Positions 9,257 to 17,570 of a DNA stretch of 34,750 bases are shown piece after piece. Location of the stretch: contig QJVW01000148.1 in NCBI GenBank assembly GCA_003235575.1, positions 1-34,750 of the forward strand, read 5' to 3'. The position numbers and the translations under genes are program-made. Origin of the DNA: Candidatus Eiseniibacteriota bacterium. GTDB lineage: Bacteria; Eisenbacteria; RBG-16-71-46; SZUA-252. Under the pieces are notes generated by a model that was given only the letters and a program-made list of their open reading frames with translations, was not told where the DNA came from and ran no database searches. Position 1 is the first letter of the stretch. Every line of letters starts with the position of its first letter.

Positions 9257-9289
9257 GGTATATTTTCTAACAATGTTAGAAAATATACC
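9257..9289. promoter_or_regulatory. Perfect 33-bp palindrome (16-bp arms, 1-nt centre) in an AT-rich island immediately upstream of tetR: candidate TetR operator
   Basis: GGTATATTTTCTAACA-A-TGTTAGAAAATATACC. Every position pairs with its mirror, verified base by base. It lies 7 bp from ATG 9250 (46 bp from the alternative ATG 9211). The surrounding 9251..9335 is conspicuously AT-rich in a ~70% GC genome. Confidence 0.55.
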
Positions 9290-9366
9290 ATAGAAAAATA
9301 AACCGCTAAGATATTGACAATAATCGTATTAGGTTGTTCGACAGGAGTTGGTTCGCGGTTTGATGG

Positions 9367-10233
9367 CTATCGATCGAAGTGTTCGATGTCCCGCGCCAGG
9401 CCTTCGTGCGACTCGGGGTGAAGTTGGATCGGGATCCGCGTGCCGGCACGGTAGAGGTGGATCGTGCCTTGGAACGACTTGAGCTCGATGCGGGCGCGTC
9501 CGTCGCCGAGCGCGAATTGGAATCTCCGTCCCTTGTTCGCTCCCGTCACGGAAACGGGGAACGCGGACGTGAATCCGCCGGAGAACGTGGCGACCGCGAA
9601 GGTCCCGTTGCACGCGCCGGGAACCGCCACGGCCACGTCGCCGTGGTGGCTGGCCAGGCGATAGAAGCCCGCCGGCCGGTAGACCCCCTCGAAGACGACC
9701 GAGCCATTGATCGTCGAGGCATCCACGGTGTCGGCATCCATCGAGCGGAGCACGCAATCGCCGTTCACGCTCTCGGTCACCACGGTTCCGCTCCCGCGGA
9801 TGACGCGGATGTCGTGATTCACCGTATTCAACACGGCGCGACCGCGTGAGCCCGCGACCTCGACGTCCCCGCTCACGGTCGTGACCGTCAGCGCGCCCCG
9901 TGTCCCCTCGACCGCGACGTCTGTGTGCGTTCCCGAGACCTCGAGATTCATCCACGTCGGCGCCGTGATGTGAATGTCCGCGTTTCGCTGCGCCTTGGGC
10001 GACGTCGTGGTCTTCACCAGGAGGACGCCGTCCATCGAGCGAATCCAGATCTTGTCCTCTTCCGAGTGCGTCGCCTCGATCCGGACCGCGTCGCGCTTCC
10101 AGGTTTCGACCACGACCGAGCCGGCATAGTTCGCCACCTGGAGCGTCGTTCCGGGCGTGACCGCGATCGTGGTGTCCGCGTCGCTGGCGAGGGTGAATGC
10201 GGTCAGGGCGGCAAAGGCGAGGGATGCGAGCAT
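9367..10233 (-). CDS. DUF4097-family secreted beta-repeat protein (putative adhesin-like)
   Basis: Signal peptide MLASLAFAALTAFTLA. Repeated V..GDV.V / G.V.V strand motifs (TVSGDVEVAG, HDIRVIRGSGTV, INGSVVFEG, HHGDVAVAV). It is the last gene of the sigma / anti-sigma operon. Confidence 0.7.
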   Translation of the reverse strand: MLASLAFAALTAFTLASDADTTIAVTPGTTLQVANYAGSVVVETWKRDAVRIEATHSEEDKIWIRSMDGVLLVKTTTSPKAQRNADIHITAPTWMNLEVSGTHTDVAVEGTRGALTVTTVSGDVEVAGSRGRAVLNTVNHDIRVIRGSGTVVTESVNGDCVLRSMDADTVDASTINGSVVFEGVYRPAGFYRLASHHGDVAVAVPGACNGTFAVATFSGGFTSAFPVSVTGANKGRRFQFALGDGRARIELKSFQGTIHLYRAGTRIPIQLHPESHEGLARDIEHFDR

Positions 10234-10243
10234 TCAGGTCTCC

Positions 10244-10969
10244 CTATTCCGCGCCGCCGGCGAGGTCCACGGCCCGCCGCAGCAGCGTCAGCTGCCGGCT
10301 CGCCATTTCCTCGAGGTGCGCGACCAGATACGGATCATCGGGATCGGCTTCGAGCGCCAGGCGTGCCTGTTCCACGGCGGCCTCGACCGCCGCCAGGCTC
10401 TCCTCGATCGCGCGAAGCGTGGAAGGATCGAGCCGATCGCGGCGCTCGTCGAGCACCCGCTTCAGCGATGCGATTTCGTTCTGGGCGGCCTCCGCCGGAG
10501 CGCTGGTGGCGGGCACGGCGGTGATGAGCCCGCCGCCGGCGGCGGAACGGGCCAGCGTTTCCCGTCGGCCCCAGTCGTGGGCGAACCAGACCGCCGTCGC
10601 GCTCAGGAGGAGCACCGCCACGCAAGCCGCGGCGAGTTGCGCCATGGAGAAGGAGAGGCGGTGAACGGGCCACGGTTCGCGCACGGGCTCGGGCACGGCG
10701 CGCACCGGGATGTCGCGCAGTCGCGCCTCGATCTCCGGCCAGAGATCCGTCTCCATGCCGCGTTCGACGTCTCGTGCGGCCAGGGCGCGGGCGCTCGCGA
10801 CGATCGCGCGCAGGTCCTCCAGGGCCGCCGCGCAGTCGCCGCAATCCCGGATGTGGGATTCCAGCTCGCGTCGATCCGACGTCGACAGCGCGTCGTCGAG
10901 ATAGTCCGACAGTCGATCGGTCCACCGGTCCGTCATCGGAGCGTCCTTCCTCTCGCGTTCGTCCGTCAC
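10244..10969 (-). CDS. Membrane-anchored anti-sigma factor with zinc-binding ZAS (zf-HC2) motif
   Basis: HIRDCGDCAAALEDL = H-x3-C-x2-C. Single TM helix LAAACVAVLLLSATAVWFA. Its start overlaps the sigma-factor stop by 4 bp. Confidence 0.75.
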   Translation of the reverse strand: MTDERERKDAPMTDRWTDRLSDYLDDALSTSDRRELESHIRDCGDCAAALEDLRAIVASARALAARDVERGMETDLWPEIEARLRDIPVRAVPEPVREPWPVHRLSFSMAQLAAACVAVLLLSATAVWFAHDWGRRETLARSAAGGGLITAVPATSAPAEAAQNEIASLKRVLDERRDRLDPSTLRAIEESLAAVEAAVEQARLALEADPDDPYLVAHLEEMASRQLTLLRRAVDLAGGAE

Positions 10970-11574
10970 CGGGTTAGGTGATCGCGAAGGATCATCCGTG
11001 CCCGGTGCAATTGCGCCTTCGACGTGCCTGCCGTCACGCCCAGGAACACGCCGATCTCCTCGTGCGTGAACCCCTCGACGTCGTGCAGGATGAACACCGT
11101 GCGCGCCCCTTGCGGAAGGCGCGCGATCGCCCGCTCCACGTCGAAATCCCTGGCGTCGGTGCGTCCCCGGGCCGGTGCGGTCTCGAGCGCGATTTCGTCC
11201 GAAAGAAACCGCTCACGCTCCGTGCGCAGCGAGGCCCGCTTTTGCAGGATGACGTTCACCGCCACCCGGTGAAGCCACGTTCCGAAGGCCGACTCGCCCC
11301 GAAACGTCCCGATCTTCTGCCAGACGCGGACAAAGATGTCCTGCGTCACGTCGAGCGAGTGCTCCATCCCCATCATGCGCCGCACCAGCCCGCCCACCCG
11401 CGCCACGTGGGCGCGGTAGAGCCGCTCGAACGCGCGCAAATCCCCGCGCTGCGCGCGTGACACGTCCTCGGCTTCCGCGCCCGACCGAACGGGCGCGACC
11501 AGCGTGGTTGGCGGCGTCACTCCCTCCCCCTGGGGGACCCTGGGTGCCATATGTCTGATGGGGCGGAACTCCAA
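10966..11574 (-). CDS. ECF (sigma-70 group 4) RNA polymerase sigma factor
   Basis: Region 2 DLRAFERLYRAHVARVGGLVRRMMG...DVTQDIFVRVWQKIGTF. Region 4 HTH ARLPQGARTVFILHDVEGFTHEEIGVFLGVTAGTSKAQLHRARMILR. The codon at 11574 is TTG; an alternative start is ATG 11550. Confidence 0.85.
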   Translation of the reverse strand: MEFRPIRHMAPRVPQGEGVTPPTTLVAPVRSGAEAEDVSRAQRGDLRAFERLYRAHVARVGGLVRRMMGMEHSLDVTQDIFVRVWQKIGTFRGESAFGTWLHRVAVNVILQKRASLRTERERFLSDEIALETAPARGRTDARDFDVERAIARLPQGARTVFILHDVEGFTHEEIGVFLGVTAGTSKAQLHRARMILRDHLTR

Positions 11575-11704
11575 GAGCGTTGGAACGCCCGTGGAGTCGA
11601 AAATCCTCCGCCGCGGCTCCTCCGCGCCGGCTGGGGGAGCAGCCGGCAGGCAAGTGGTTGAAAGGTAATAGGTTGCTTTGTCGGGCGGCCCGATGCCGGC
11701 GCGG

Positions 11705-12511
11705 CTACCTCCCGTCCCCGTCGAGCAGGTTGCCCAATCCTCCGAGGATCGAGCCCTCTCCGCGCCGTTGTCCCCCGGTTTGGGGCGCCGCCGCGTAGAT
11801 GCGGCTGGCGAGCCGGCTGAACGGCAGCGACTGGAGCCAGACTCTGCCGGGCCCGCGCAGCGTGGCGAAGAAGAGCCCCTCCCCTCCGAACAGCGCCGAT
11901 TTCAATTTGCCCACGAATTGAATGTCGTACGAGACGCTCGGCTGGAGCGCCACGATGCAGCCCGTGTCCACGCGAAGGAGCTCGCCGGGCTGAAGCGATT
12001 TCTCCTCCAACGTTCCCCCCGCGTGGCAGAAGATCCAGCCGTCGCCCGTCAGTCGCTGCATGATGAAGCCCTCGCCGCCGAACAGGCCCGCGCCGAACCG
12101 GCGGTTGAAGGCGATGCCGATGCTCACGCCCTTGGCAGCCGCGAGAAACGAGTCCTTCTGCGCGATCATCTCCCCGCCCAACTCCGCCAGGTGTAGGGCC
12201 TGGATCTTCCCCGGATAGGGGGCCGCGAACGCGACCGCGCGGCGCTCCCTCGCCTCGTTGTGATAGACCGTCATGAACAGGGACTCGCCGGTCAGGAGCC
12301 GCTTGCCGGCGCCGACCAGTTTTCCCATGAACCCCTGCTGCGCCGCCGACCCGTCACCGAAGATCGTGTCCATCTCGATCCCGTCCTCCAGGTACATCAT
12401 GGCGCCCGCCTCCGCGATCGCCGCTTCGCCCGGATCGAGGATCACCCGTACGAACTGCATGTCGTCGCCCAGGATTTCGTAGTCCACTTCGTGCATCGTC
12501 GCCATCGGCAT
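11705..12511 (-). CDS. AIM24/DUF124 (TIGR00266) family protein
   Basis: Start at ATG 12511 with GAGGAGG upstream ([45 protein letters not shown]...). A conserved AIM24-type N-terminus and glycine-rich core. Confidence 0.7.
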   Translation of the reverse strand: MPMATMHEVDYEILGDDMQFVRVILDPGEAAIAEAGAMMYLEDGIEMDTIFGDGSAAQQGFMGKLVGAGKRLLTGESLFMTVYHNEARERRAVAFAAPYPGKIQALHLAELGGEMIAQKDSFLAAAKGVSIGIAFNRRFGAGLFGGEGFIMQRLTGDGWIFCHAGGTLEEKSLQPGELLRVDTGCIVALQPSVSYDIQFVGKLKSALFGGEGLFFATLRGPGRVWLQSLPFSRLASRIYAAAPQTGGQRRGEGSILGGLGNLLDGDGR

Positions 12512-12607
12512 CCTCCTCGATTTCGGCGCGCGAGCGCGCTTGCCAGCACCACCTAAAACTACCATTCTTACGGCGTCGTCACCGCCGGAGTTTCGCGAGG
12601 AGGATCC

Positions 12608-14002
12608 ATGCCGACACGATCACGTTGCATCGTTGCCGCGTTCGTCGCCGTAGTCGTGGCGCTTTCATCCGCCGACGGGTTCGCCGCCTCGCGCGGCGCC
12701 GGGGGCGCGGCCGCGGCGCTGACGAAGGGCATCGAGGCCAGGACGCTCCGGAACGGGATGCGGATCATCGTCTGTCCCGACCACGACGTGCCCAACCTTG
12801 CGATCTACACGTACTACCGGGTCGGTTCGCGGAACGAGCGCCCGGGCATCACGGGGATTTCCCACTTCTTCGAGCACATGATGTACAACGGGTCGGAGCA
12901 CTACCCTCCGGGCGACTTCGATCGCATCATGGAGAACGCGGGCGGCAGCAACAACGCCTACACCTCGACCGACGTCACGGTCTACCAGGACTGGATTCCG
13001 CGCGGCGCGCTGGAGACGACCCTGCGGCTGGAGGCCGACCGGATCTGCTGCCTCTCGTTCGATTCGACCAGCGTGGAGAGCGAACGCGGGGTCATCTTCT
13101 CGGAACGTCGCACGACCACGGACGACGTGAACGAAGCCGTGCTGGACGAACAGGTCCAGTCGCTAGCCTTCCTGGCCCACCCCTATCACATCCCGATCAT
13201 CGGATGGCCGAGCGACATCGAGCGGTGGACCATCGACGATCTCCGCACGTACTTTCGGATCTACTACGCGCCGAACAACGCGACCATGGTCGTGGCGGGG
13301 GACGTGACACCGAACGAGTTCTTCGCCCTCGCCGAGAAGTACCTGGAGCCGATTCCCTCCCAGCCCGAGCCCCCGGCGGTGCGGACCATCGAGCCGCCGC
13401 AGATGGGGGAGCGACGCCTCGTCGTCCGCCGGCCGGGGCAGGTTCCCTACATCCAAGCGGTGTTCCACCGCGGGCGCGCGAACGATGCCGACGCCGAGGC
13501 GTTGGAACTGCTGAGCACCATTCTGACGGGCGGCGAGTCGAGCCGCCTGTACCGACGGCTGGTGGACGAGGAGCAGGTCGCCATCGGCGTGTACGACTAC
13601 ATGCTGGAGGGGTTCGATCCCGGTCTCTACCGCGTCCTGGTCACCGTGTCGCCGCAGAAAGGCGCCGCGGCGTGTGAGGCGTCCCTGCTCGACGAACTGG
13701 CGGCCGTCGGCCGCGAGGGCGTCACGGAGGCGGAGTTGACCAAGGCCAAGAACGTCCAATTGGCGCGATTCTGGCGCCGCGTCGCGACGATCGCGGGGAA
13801 GGCGTCGGTGCTGGGCGAAGCCGAGGTGTTCCGCGGCGACTGGAGGGAGGGGTTCGGCGCGCCGGACCGGTACGCGCGCGTCACCGCGAAGGAGATTCAG
13901 GAACTGGCGCGAACGCTGTTCGACGAATCGAACCGGACCATCGGCGTCTTCGAACCGGTCACGGAGTCCGTCGCGGCGCAGGCGGAAGGGGGAACGCGAT
14001 GA
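12608..14002 (+). CDS. M16 (pitrilysin) family zinc peptidase, active subunit, secreted
   Basis: RBS GAGGAGG, signal peptide, inverted zinc motif [10 protein letters not shown] (HxxEH) with the downstream E. Confidence 0.85.
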   Translation: MPTRSRCIVAAFVAVVVALSSADGFAASRGAGGAAAALTKGIEARTLRNGMRIIVCPDHDVPNLAIYTYYRVGSRNERPGITGISHFFEHMMYNGSEHYPPGDFDRIMENAGGSNNAYTSTDVTVYQDWIPRGALETTLRLEADRICCLSFDSTSVESERGVIFSERRTTTDDVNEAVLDEQVQSLAFLAHPYHIPIIGWPSDIERWTIDDLRTYFRIYYAPNNATMVVAGDVTPNEFFALAEKYLEPIPSQPEPPAVRTIEPPQMGERRLVVRRPGQVPYIQAVFHRGRANDADAEALELLSTILTGGESSRLYRRLVDEEQVAIGVYDYMLEGFDPGLYRVLVTVSPQKGAAACEASLLDELAAVGREGVTEAELTKAKNVQLARFWRRVATIAGKASVLGEAEVFRGDWREGFGAPDRYARVTAKEIQELARTLFDESNRTIGVFEPVTESVAAQAEGGTR

Positions 14003-15420
14003 GCGGCCTCGTCGGGGGATGGCGCGCGGTGGCGTGCGCCGCGCTCGTCGGCGCGGCCGTGTCCCACGCGGCCGCCCAAGAAATCGTGCTTCCCACGATT
14101 CGGGACGTGACGCTTCCGAACGGAGCGCGTCTCCTGCTGGCGGAGCGACACGACGTGCCGCTCATCTCCTACACCGCGTATCTCCGGGGCGGCGCCGTAT
14201 CGGATCCGCCCGGCAAGGAAGGTCTGGCGTCGCTGACCGCCGAGATGTTGCGGAAGGGCGCGGGGACGTGGTCCGCGCGCGCGCTGGCGGAGGCCGTCGA
14301 CGGCGTCGGCGGCACGTTCGGCACCGGCGGCGCCCAGGAGGCCTGCTACGCCGCCGGGGAATTCCTGTCCCGGGATCAAGAGCTCATGATCGAGACGCTG
14401 CGCGCCGTCCTGTGCGAGCCGACGTTTCCCGATTCCGAGTTCACCAAGCTCCGCGCGCAGACGATCGAGGCCCTCACGGCCCGCAAACAGGATCCGGGCA
14501 ACGTATACCGCCTGTACGGCGCCGCGTTCTTCTTCGGCGACCACCCGTACGGAAGACCCGTGGACGGCGACGAGGGATCGGTGGCGGCGATCACCCGGGA
14601 CGACGTGGTGCGCTGCTATCGCGAACAGATCGGCGCGGATCGTTTGACGCTGTCGGTCGTGGGAGACTTTTCCGCGAAGACCATGGAGCGGAGGCTTCGC
14701 GCCGCCTTCGGTGGGTGGCGGCGGGCGGAGGGCGCGATCCCCGCGATCGGGGAGCCCGAGCGGCGGACGGGTCGACGCGTCCTGCTGGTCGACGCGCCGG
14801 AGGCCACCCAGGCCTATTTCGCGCTGCTGAACGCCGGGGCTTCGAGAACCGATCCCGACCGCGACGTTCTGGACGTGGCCAACACGGCGTTCGGAGGCCG
14901 CTACACGTCGATGCTCAACACGGCGCTCCGGATCAAATCGGGTCTCACGTACGGGGCGTCTTGTCGTCTCTCGTCGTACTGGAGAGGAGGTTCCATCTCC
15001 ATCGGCTCCTTTACGCAGACCGAGAGCGCGAAGCGGGCGATCGACCTGGCGCTCGAGACGCTTCAGGGATTTCGGGAGGCAGGCCTCGACTCCGCAACCC
15101 TGGCGTCGTCGCGAAACTACCTCAACGGGCAATTCCCGACGGACCTCGAGACGGCGGGCCAGCTGGCCGGTCGCCTCGCGTCCGACGCGTTCTTCGGACT
15201 GGGGCGGGACGAGATCACCGGGTATCCCGCCCGGATCGCCGCGGTCGATGGCGAGGCGGTCCGGCGGGTCGTCCGGCGGGTCTATCCCCAGGTCGACGAT
15301 CTCGACATCGCGATCGTCGGGAACGCGGACGCCCTCCGGGCCATGGCAGCGGAATACGGGCCCGTGACGGAAATCAAGCTCTCCACGCCAATGCTGGAGG
15401 CCCTTCGGGGATCGCCCTAG
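13999..15420 (+). CDS. M16 family peptidase, second (non-catalytic-type) subunit, secreted
   Basis: 4-bp ATGA overlap with the preceding gene. Signal peptide. M16 fold without the HxxEH motif, consistent with a partner subunit of a periplasmic M16 heterodimer. Confidence 0.8.
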   Translation: MSGLVGGWRAVACAALVGAAVSHAAAQEIVLPTIRDVTLPNGARLLLAERHDVPLISYTAYLRGGAVSDPPGKEGLASLTAEMLRKGAGTWSARALAEAVDGVGGTFGTGGAQEACYAAGEFLSRDQELMIETLRAVLCEPTFPDSEFTKLRAQTIEALTARKQDPGNVYRLYGAAFFFGDHPYGRPVDGDEGSVAAITRDDVVRCYREQIGADRLTLSVVGDFSAKTMERRLRAAFGGWRRAEGAIPAIGEPERRTGRRVLLVDAPEATQAYFALLNAGASRTDPDRDVLDVANTAFGGRYTSMLNTALRIKSGLTYGASCRLSSYWRGGSISIGSFTQTESAKRAIDLALETLQGFREAGLDSATLASSRNYLNGQFPTDLETAGQLAGRLASDAFFGLGRDEITGYPARIAAVDGEAVRRVVRRVYPQVDDLDIAIVGNADALRAMAAEYGPVTEIKLSTPMLEALRGSP

Positions 15421-15536
15421 ACCGATCCCGGCGCTTCGGCACGGTCGTTGCGTTATCTACCGCGCATGTTGTCGCCGGAGACCCGAACACTCGGCAATTG
15501 GTTGCGGCGCAACGCCGCGCAACGAGGAGACCGCTC

Positions 15537-16277
15537 ATGAATCGTGTCACAGTGTGGACGATCAGTCTCGGTTTGTGCCTCCTGGCGGGGGTCGCCCAGG
15601 CGCAGCCCAGGCAAAATGCAAAGGAGGCGGCCCAGAACTCCCGCGAGATCCGCCAGGACAAGAAGGACCTCGCCGGAGACCTCGCCGACGTTCGCTGGCT
15701 GGAGACCCAATTGAATCTGCTCGATCGTGCTCAGGCGCGGAGGGACCGGCGCGAGGAGGATCGGATTCGGAAGAAGATCCGCGCGTTCCTGAAGCGGGAG
15801 ACGGCCGAAGCGCGTCACGACCTCGCGCGGGATCGGCGCGAAATCGCGAAAAGCGCCCAGGAAGTCCGCCACGAGCGTCGCGAGGTGGCGAAGGACGCCC
15901 GCGAGCTGAAACAGGAGAAGCGCTCCGGAACGGCGGCCGATGTGCGTGATGCGCGCCGTGATGTTCGCCGGGACGTCCGCGATCTACGGGATGACCGCCG
16001 CGATAGGCGGGACGACATTCGGGATGCCAAGGCGAGCGCCGCGCGCCTGCAGCGCGAGAAGGAGATCCTCCGCGAACTGCGACGCCTGCAGCCGGATATC
16101 CGTCAGCGCAAGCTGGCCGCGCTGCGGCGGGAGCGGGCGCTGTTCCAGGAATTCTTGAAGATCACGCGTCAAGACGCGCGCGAATCGGCGAAGGAACTAC
16201 GTGAGGACCGGCGCGAGGCGCGCGAGGACCGACGGGAACGTCGTGACGACGCACGGGAGCGGCGCGAAGGGAGATAG
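15537..16277 (+). CDS. Secreted, extremely R/D/E/K-rich tandem-repeat helical protein (unknown family)
   Basis: RBS AGGAGA precedes the ATG at 15537. Signal peptide MNRVTVWTISLGLCLLAGVAQAQP. The rest is dominated by Arg/Asp/Glu, including a 14-aa repeat (RREIAKSAQEVRHE / RREVAKDARELKQE) and four consecutive 7-aa units each beginning GAT (DVRDARR DVRRDVR DLRDDRR DRRDDIR; 21-nt periodicity from ~15939). Confidence 0.6.
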   Translation: MNRVTVWTISLGLCLLAGVAQAQPRQNAKEAAQNSREIRQDKKDLAGDLADVRWLETQLNLLDRAQARRDRREEDRIRKKIRAFLKRETAEARHDLARDRREIAKSAQEVRHERREVAKDARELKQEKRSGTAADVRDARRDVRRDVRDLRDDRRDRRDDIRDAKASAARLQREKEILRELRRLQPDIRQRKLAALRRERALFQEFLKITRQDARESAKELREDRREAREDRRERRDDARERREGR

Positions 16278-16311
16278 CCGCCGCGCGGATCGCCCCGTCA
16301 CGCGGCGGGCG

Positions 16312-16542
16312 TCATGAGGAAGAACCGGCCGGGCCCTCCCTGGGCTCCGGCCGGTTCCGTTTCGGGACGCCGGTCGCGCTCCCCCCGGCTCCCTTTCGTT
16401 CCCTCCCCGCCTCCCGCACCGCGCGCGAAAGCACGTATTCGATCTGTCCGTTGACGCTTCGCAACTCGTCGGAGGCCCACTTCTCCAAGGCGTCCCAAAG
16501 TCGGGGGTCGATGCGGAGCAGGAAGGCCTTCCGGGATGCCAT
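16312..16542 (-). CDS. Arc/MetJ-type ribbon-helix-helix DNA-binding protein
   Basis: 76 aa. [36 protein letters not shown] matches the Arc-domain signature (LR.P..L...L...A....RS.N.EI...L). It lies 24 bp downstream of the SPFH gene in the same operon. Confidence 0.6.
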   Translation of the reverse strand: MASRKAFLLRIDPRLWDALEKWASDELRSVNGQIEYVLSRAVREAGRERKGAGGSATGVPKRNRPEPREGPAGSSS

Positions 16543-16566
16543 GGAACTCGTCCGCCCTCGGCGCCC

Positions 16567-17436
16567 CTAGTTGTGGAGCGTTCCCGCGTTCACGACCGGC
16601 GACACCGCGCGTTCGCCGCAGAGCACGACGAGCAGGTTCGACACCATGGCGGCCTGTCGTTCCGCGTCGAGGTCGACGATGTTCTGCTCCTTAAGCCGGT
16701 TGAGCGCCAATTCGACCATGCCGACCGCTCCGTCCACGATCCGCTGGCGCGCGGCGATGATGGCCGCCGCCTGCTGGCGCTGGAGCATGGCGCCCGCGAT
16801 TTCCGGCGCGTACGCCAGGTGGCTCAGGCGGGCCTCCAGCACGTCGACGCCAGCCTGACGCAGCCGTTCTTGGAGCTCCTTGCGAAGGTGATCCGACACC
16901 GCGTCGGTGTTGCCGCGCAGGGAGAGGACGTCGTTGTCCTCCACGTCGTAGGGGTATTCGCTCGCCAGGTGACGCACCGCCGTTTCGCTCTGGATGGAGA
17001 CGAACGACTCGTAGTCTTCGACGTCGAACGTCGCCTGTGCGGTCTCGCGCACCCTCCACACGACGACCGCCGCGATCTCGACGGGATTGCCGGCGCGGTC
17101 GTTCACCTTGATCATCTGACCGTTGAGACTCCGCACACGCAGGGAAATCCGCTTCTTGATGTTGAACGGGTTCGTCCACCACCAGCCTGTTTCCCGCACC
17201 GTTCCGACGTAGGTGCCGAAGAGAATCAGCACCACCGCCTGGTTCGGCTGCACCGTGAAGAGCCCCACCATGGCCAGGATCGAGAGCACGAGCGCCGGGA
17301 GGGATATGAGCAACAACCCGACGCTTTCGTTCGCGATCGCCGCGATGAAATAGTTGATTGCCACCGCGCCCAAGAAGAGCGCGAAGAAGAGGCCCAGCGG
17401 GCCGCTCCAAGCCTTCACCTGCCGCTCATTCGTCAT
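16567..17436 (-). CDS. SPFH/band-7 (stomatin/slipin-like) membrane protein
   Basis: 289 aa with RBS GGAGGG. N-terminal TM helices followed by the band-7 core ([56 protein letters not shown]) and a coiled-coil tail. Confidence 0.85.
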   Translation of the reverse strand: MTNERQVKAWSGPLGLFFALFLGAVAINYFIAAIANESVGLLLISLPALVLSILAMVGLFTVQPNQAVVLILFGTYVGTVRETGWWWTNPFNIKKRISLRVRSLNGQMIKVNDRAGNPVEIAAVVVWRVRETAQATFDVEDYESFVSIQSETAVRHLASEYPYDVEDNDVLSLRGNTDAVSDHLRKELQERLRQAGVDVLEARLSHLAYAPEIAGAMLQRQQAAAIIAARQRIVDGAVGMVELALNRLKEQNIVDLDAERQAAMVSNLLVVLCGERAVSPVVNAGTLHN

Positions 17437-17478
17437 CGGCTCAACCCTCCGCGTAAGGCGACCATTCGCCTGTGTGTA

Positions 17479-17500
17479 ATCAATATGATATCATATTGAT
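17479..17500. promoter_or_regulatory. Perfect 22-bp palindrome overlapping the predicted promoter of the SPFH/Arc operon: candidate operator
   Basis: ATCAATATGATATCATATTGAT is its own reverse complement. On the coding (minus) strand a consensus -35 TTGACA (complement of 17507..17512) lies 6 nt upstream of it, so the -10 region falls inside the palindrome. The SPFH ATG at 17436 is 43 bp downstream. Confidence 0.45.
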
Positions 17501-17570
17501 ACTGTTTGTCAAGGGGGCGCGTCGCGTTTGGGGTCGCGGCCGCGCCGGACCGCGGGCCGGCGCGCGTCGC

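Noticed and set aside
9314-9319. Consensus TTGACA on the plus strand in the AT-rich island
   Set aside because: No acceptable -10 at 16-18 nt, and transcription would run antisense into the DUF4097 gene.
11575-11605. GGAAC...TCGAA motif resembling an ECF-type promoter
   Set aside because: It lies on the plus strand, pointing away from the minus-strand ECF sigma operon, and the spacing (10 nt) is wrong. Probably chance.
15500-15525. Imperfect GC hairpin / GCGCAAC direct repeat after the M16 operon, and a second hairpin at 16278..16311
   Set aside because: The stems are imperfect and no U-tract follows. Could be weak terminators, but not convincing enough to call.
14019-15536. N-terminal 506 codons of the 752-aa ORF 14019..16277
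   Set aside because: Alternative frame across the second M16 gene. Only the C-terminal 246 codons, with their own RBS and signal peptide, look real.
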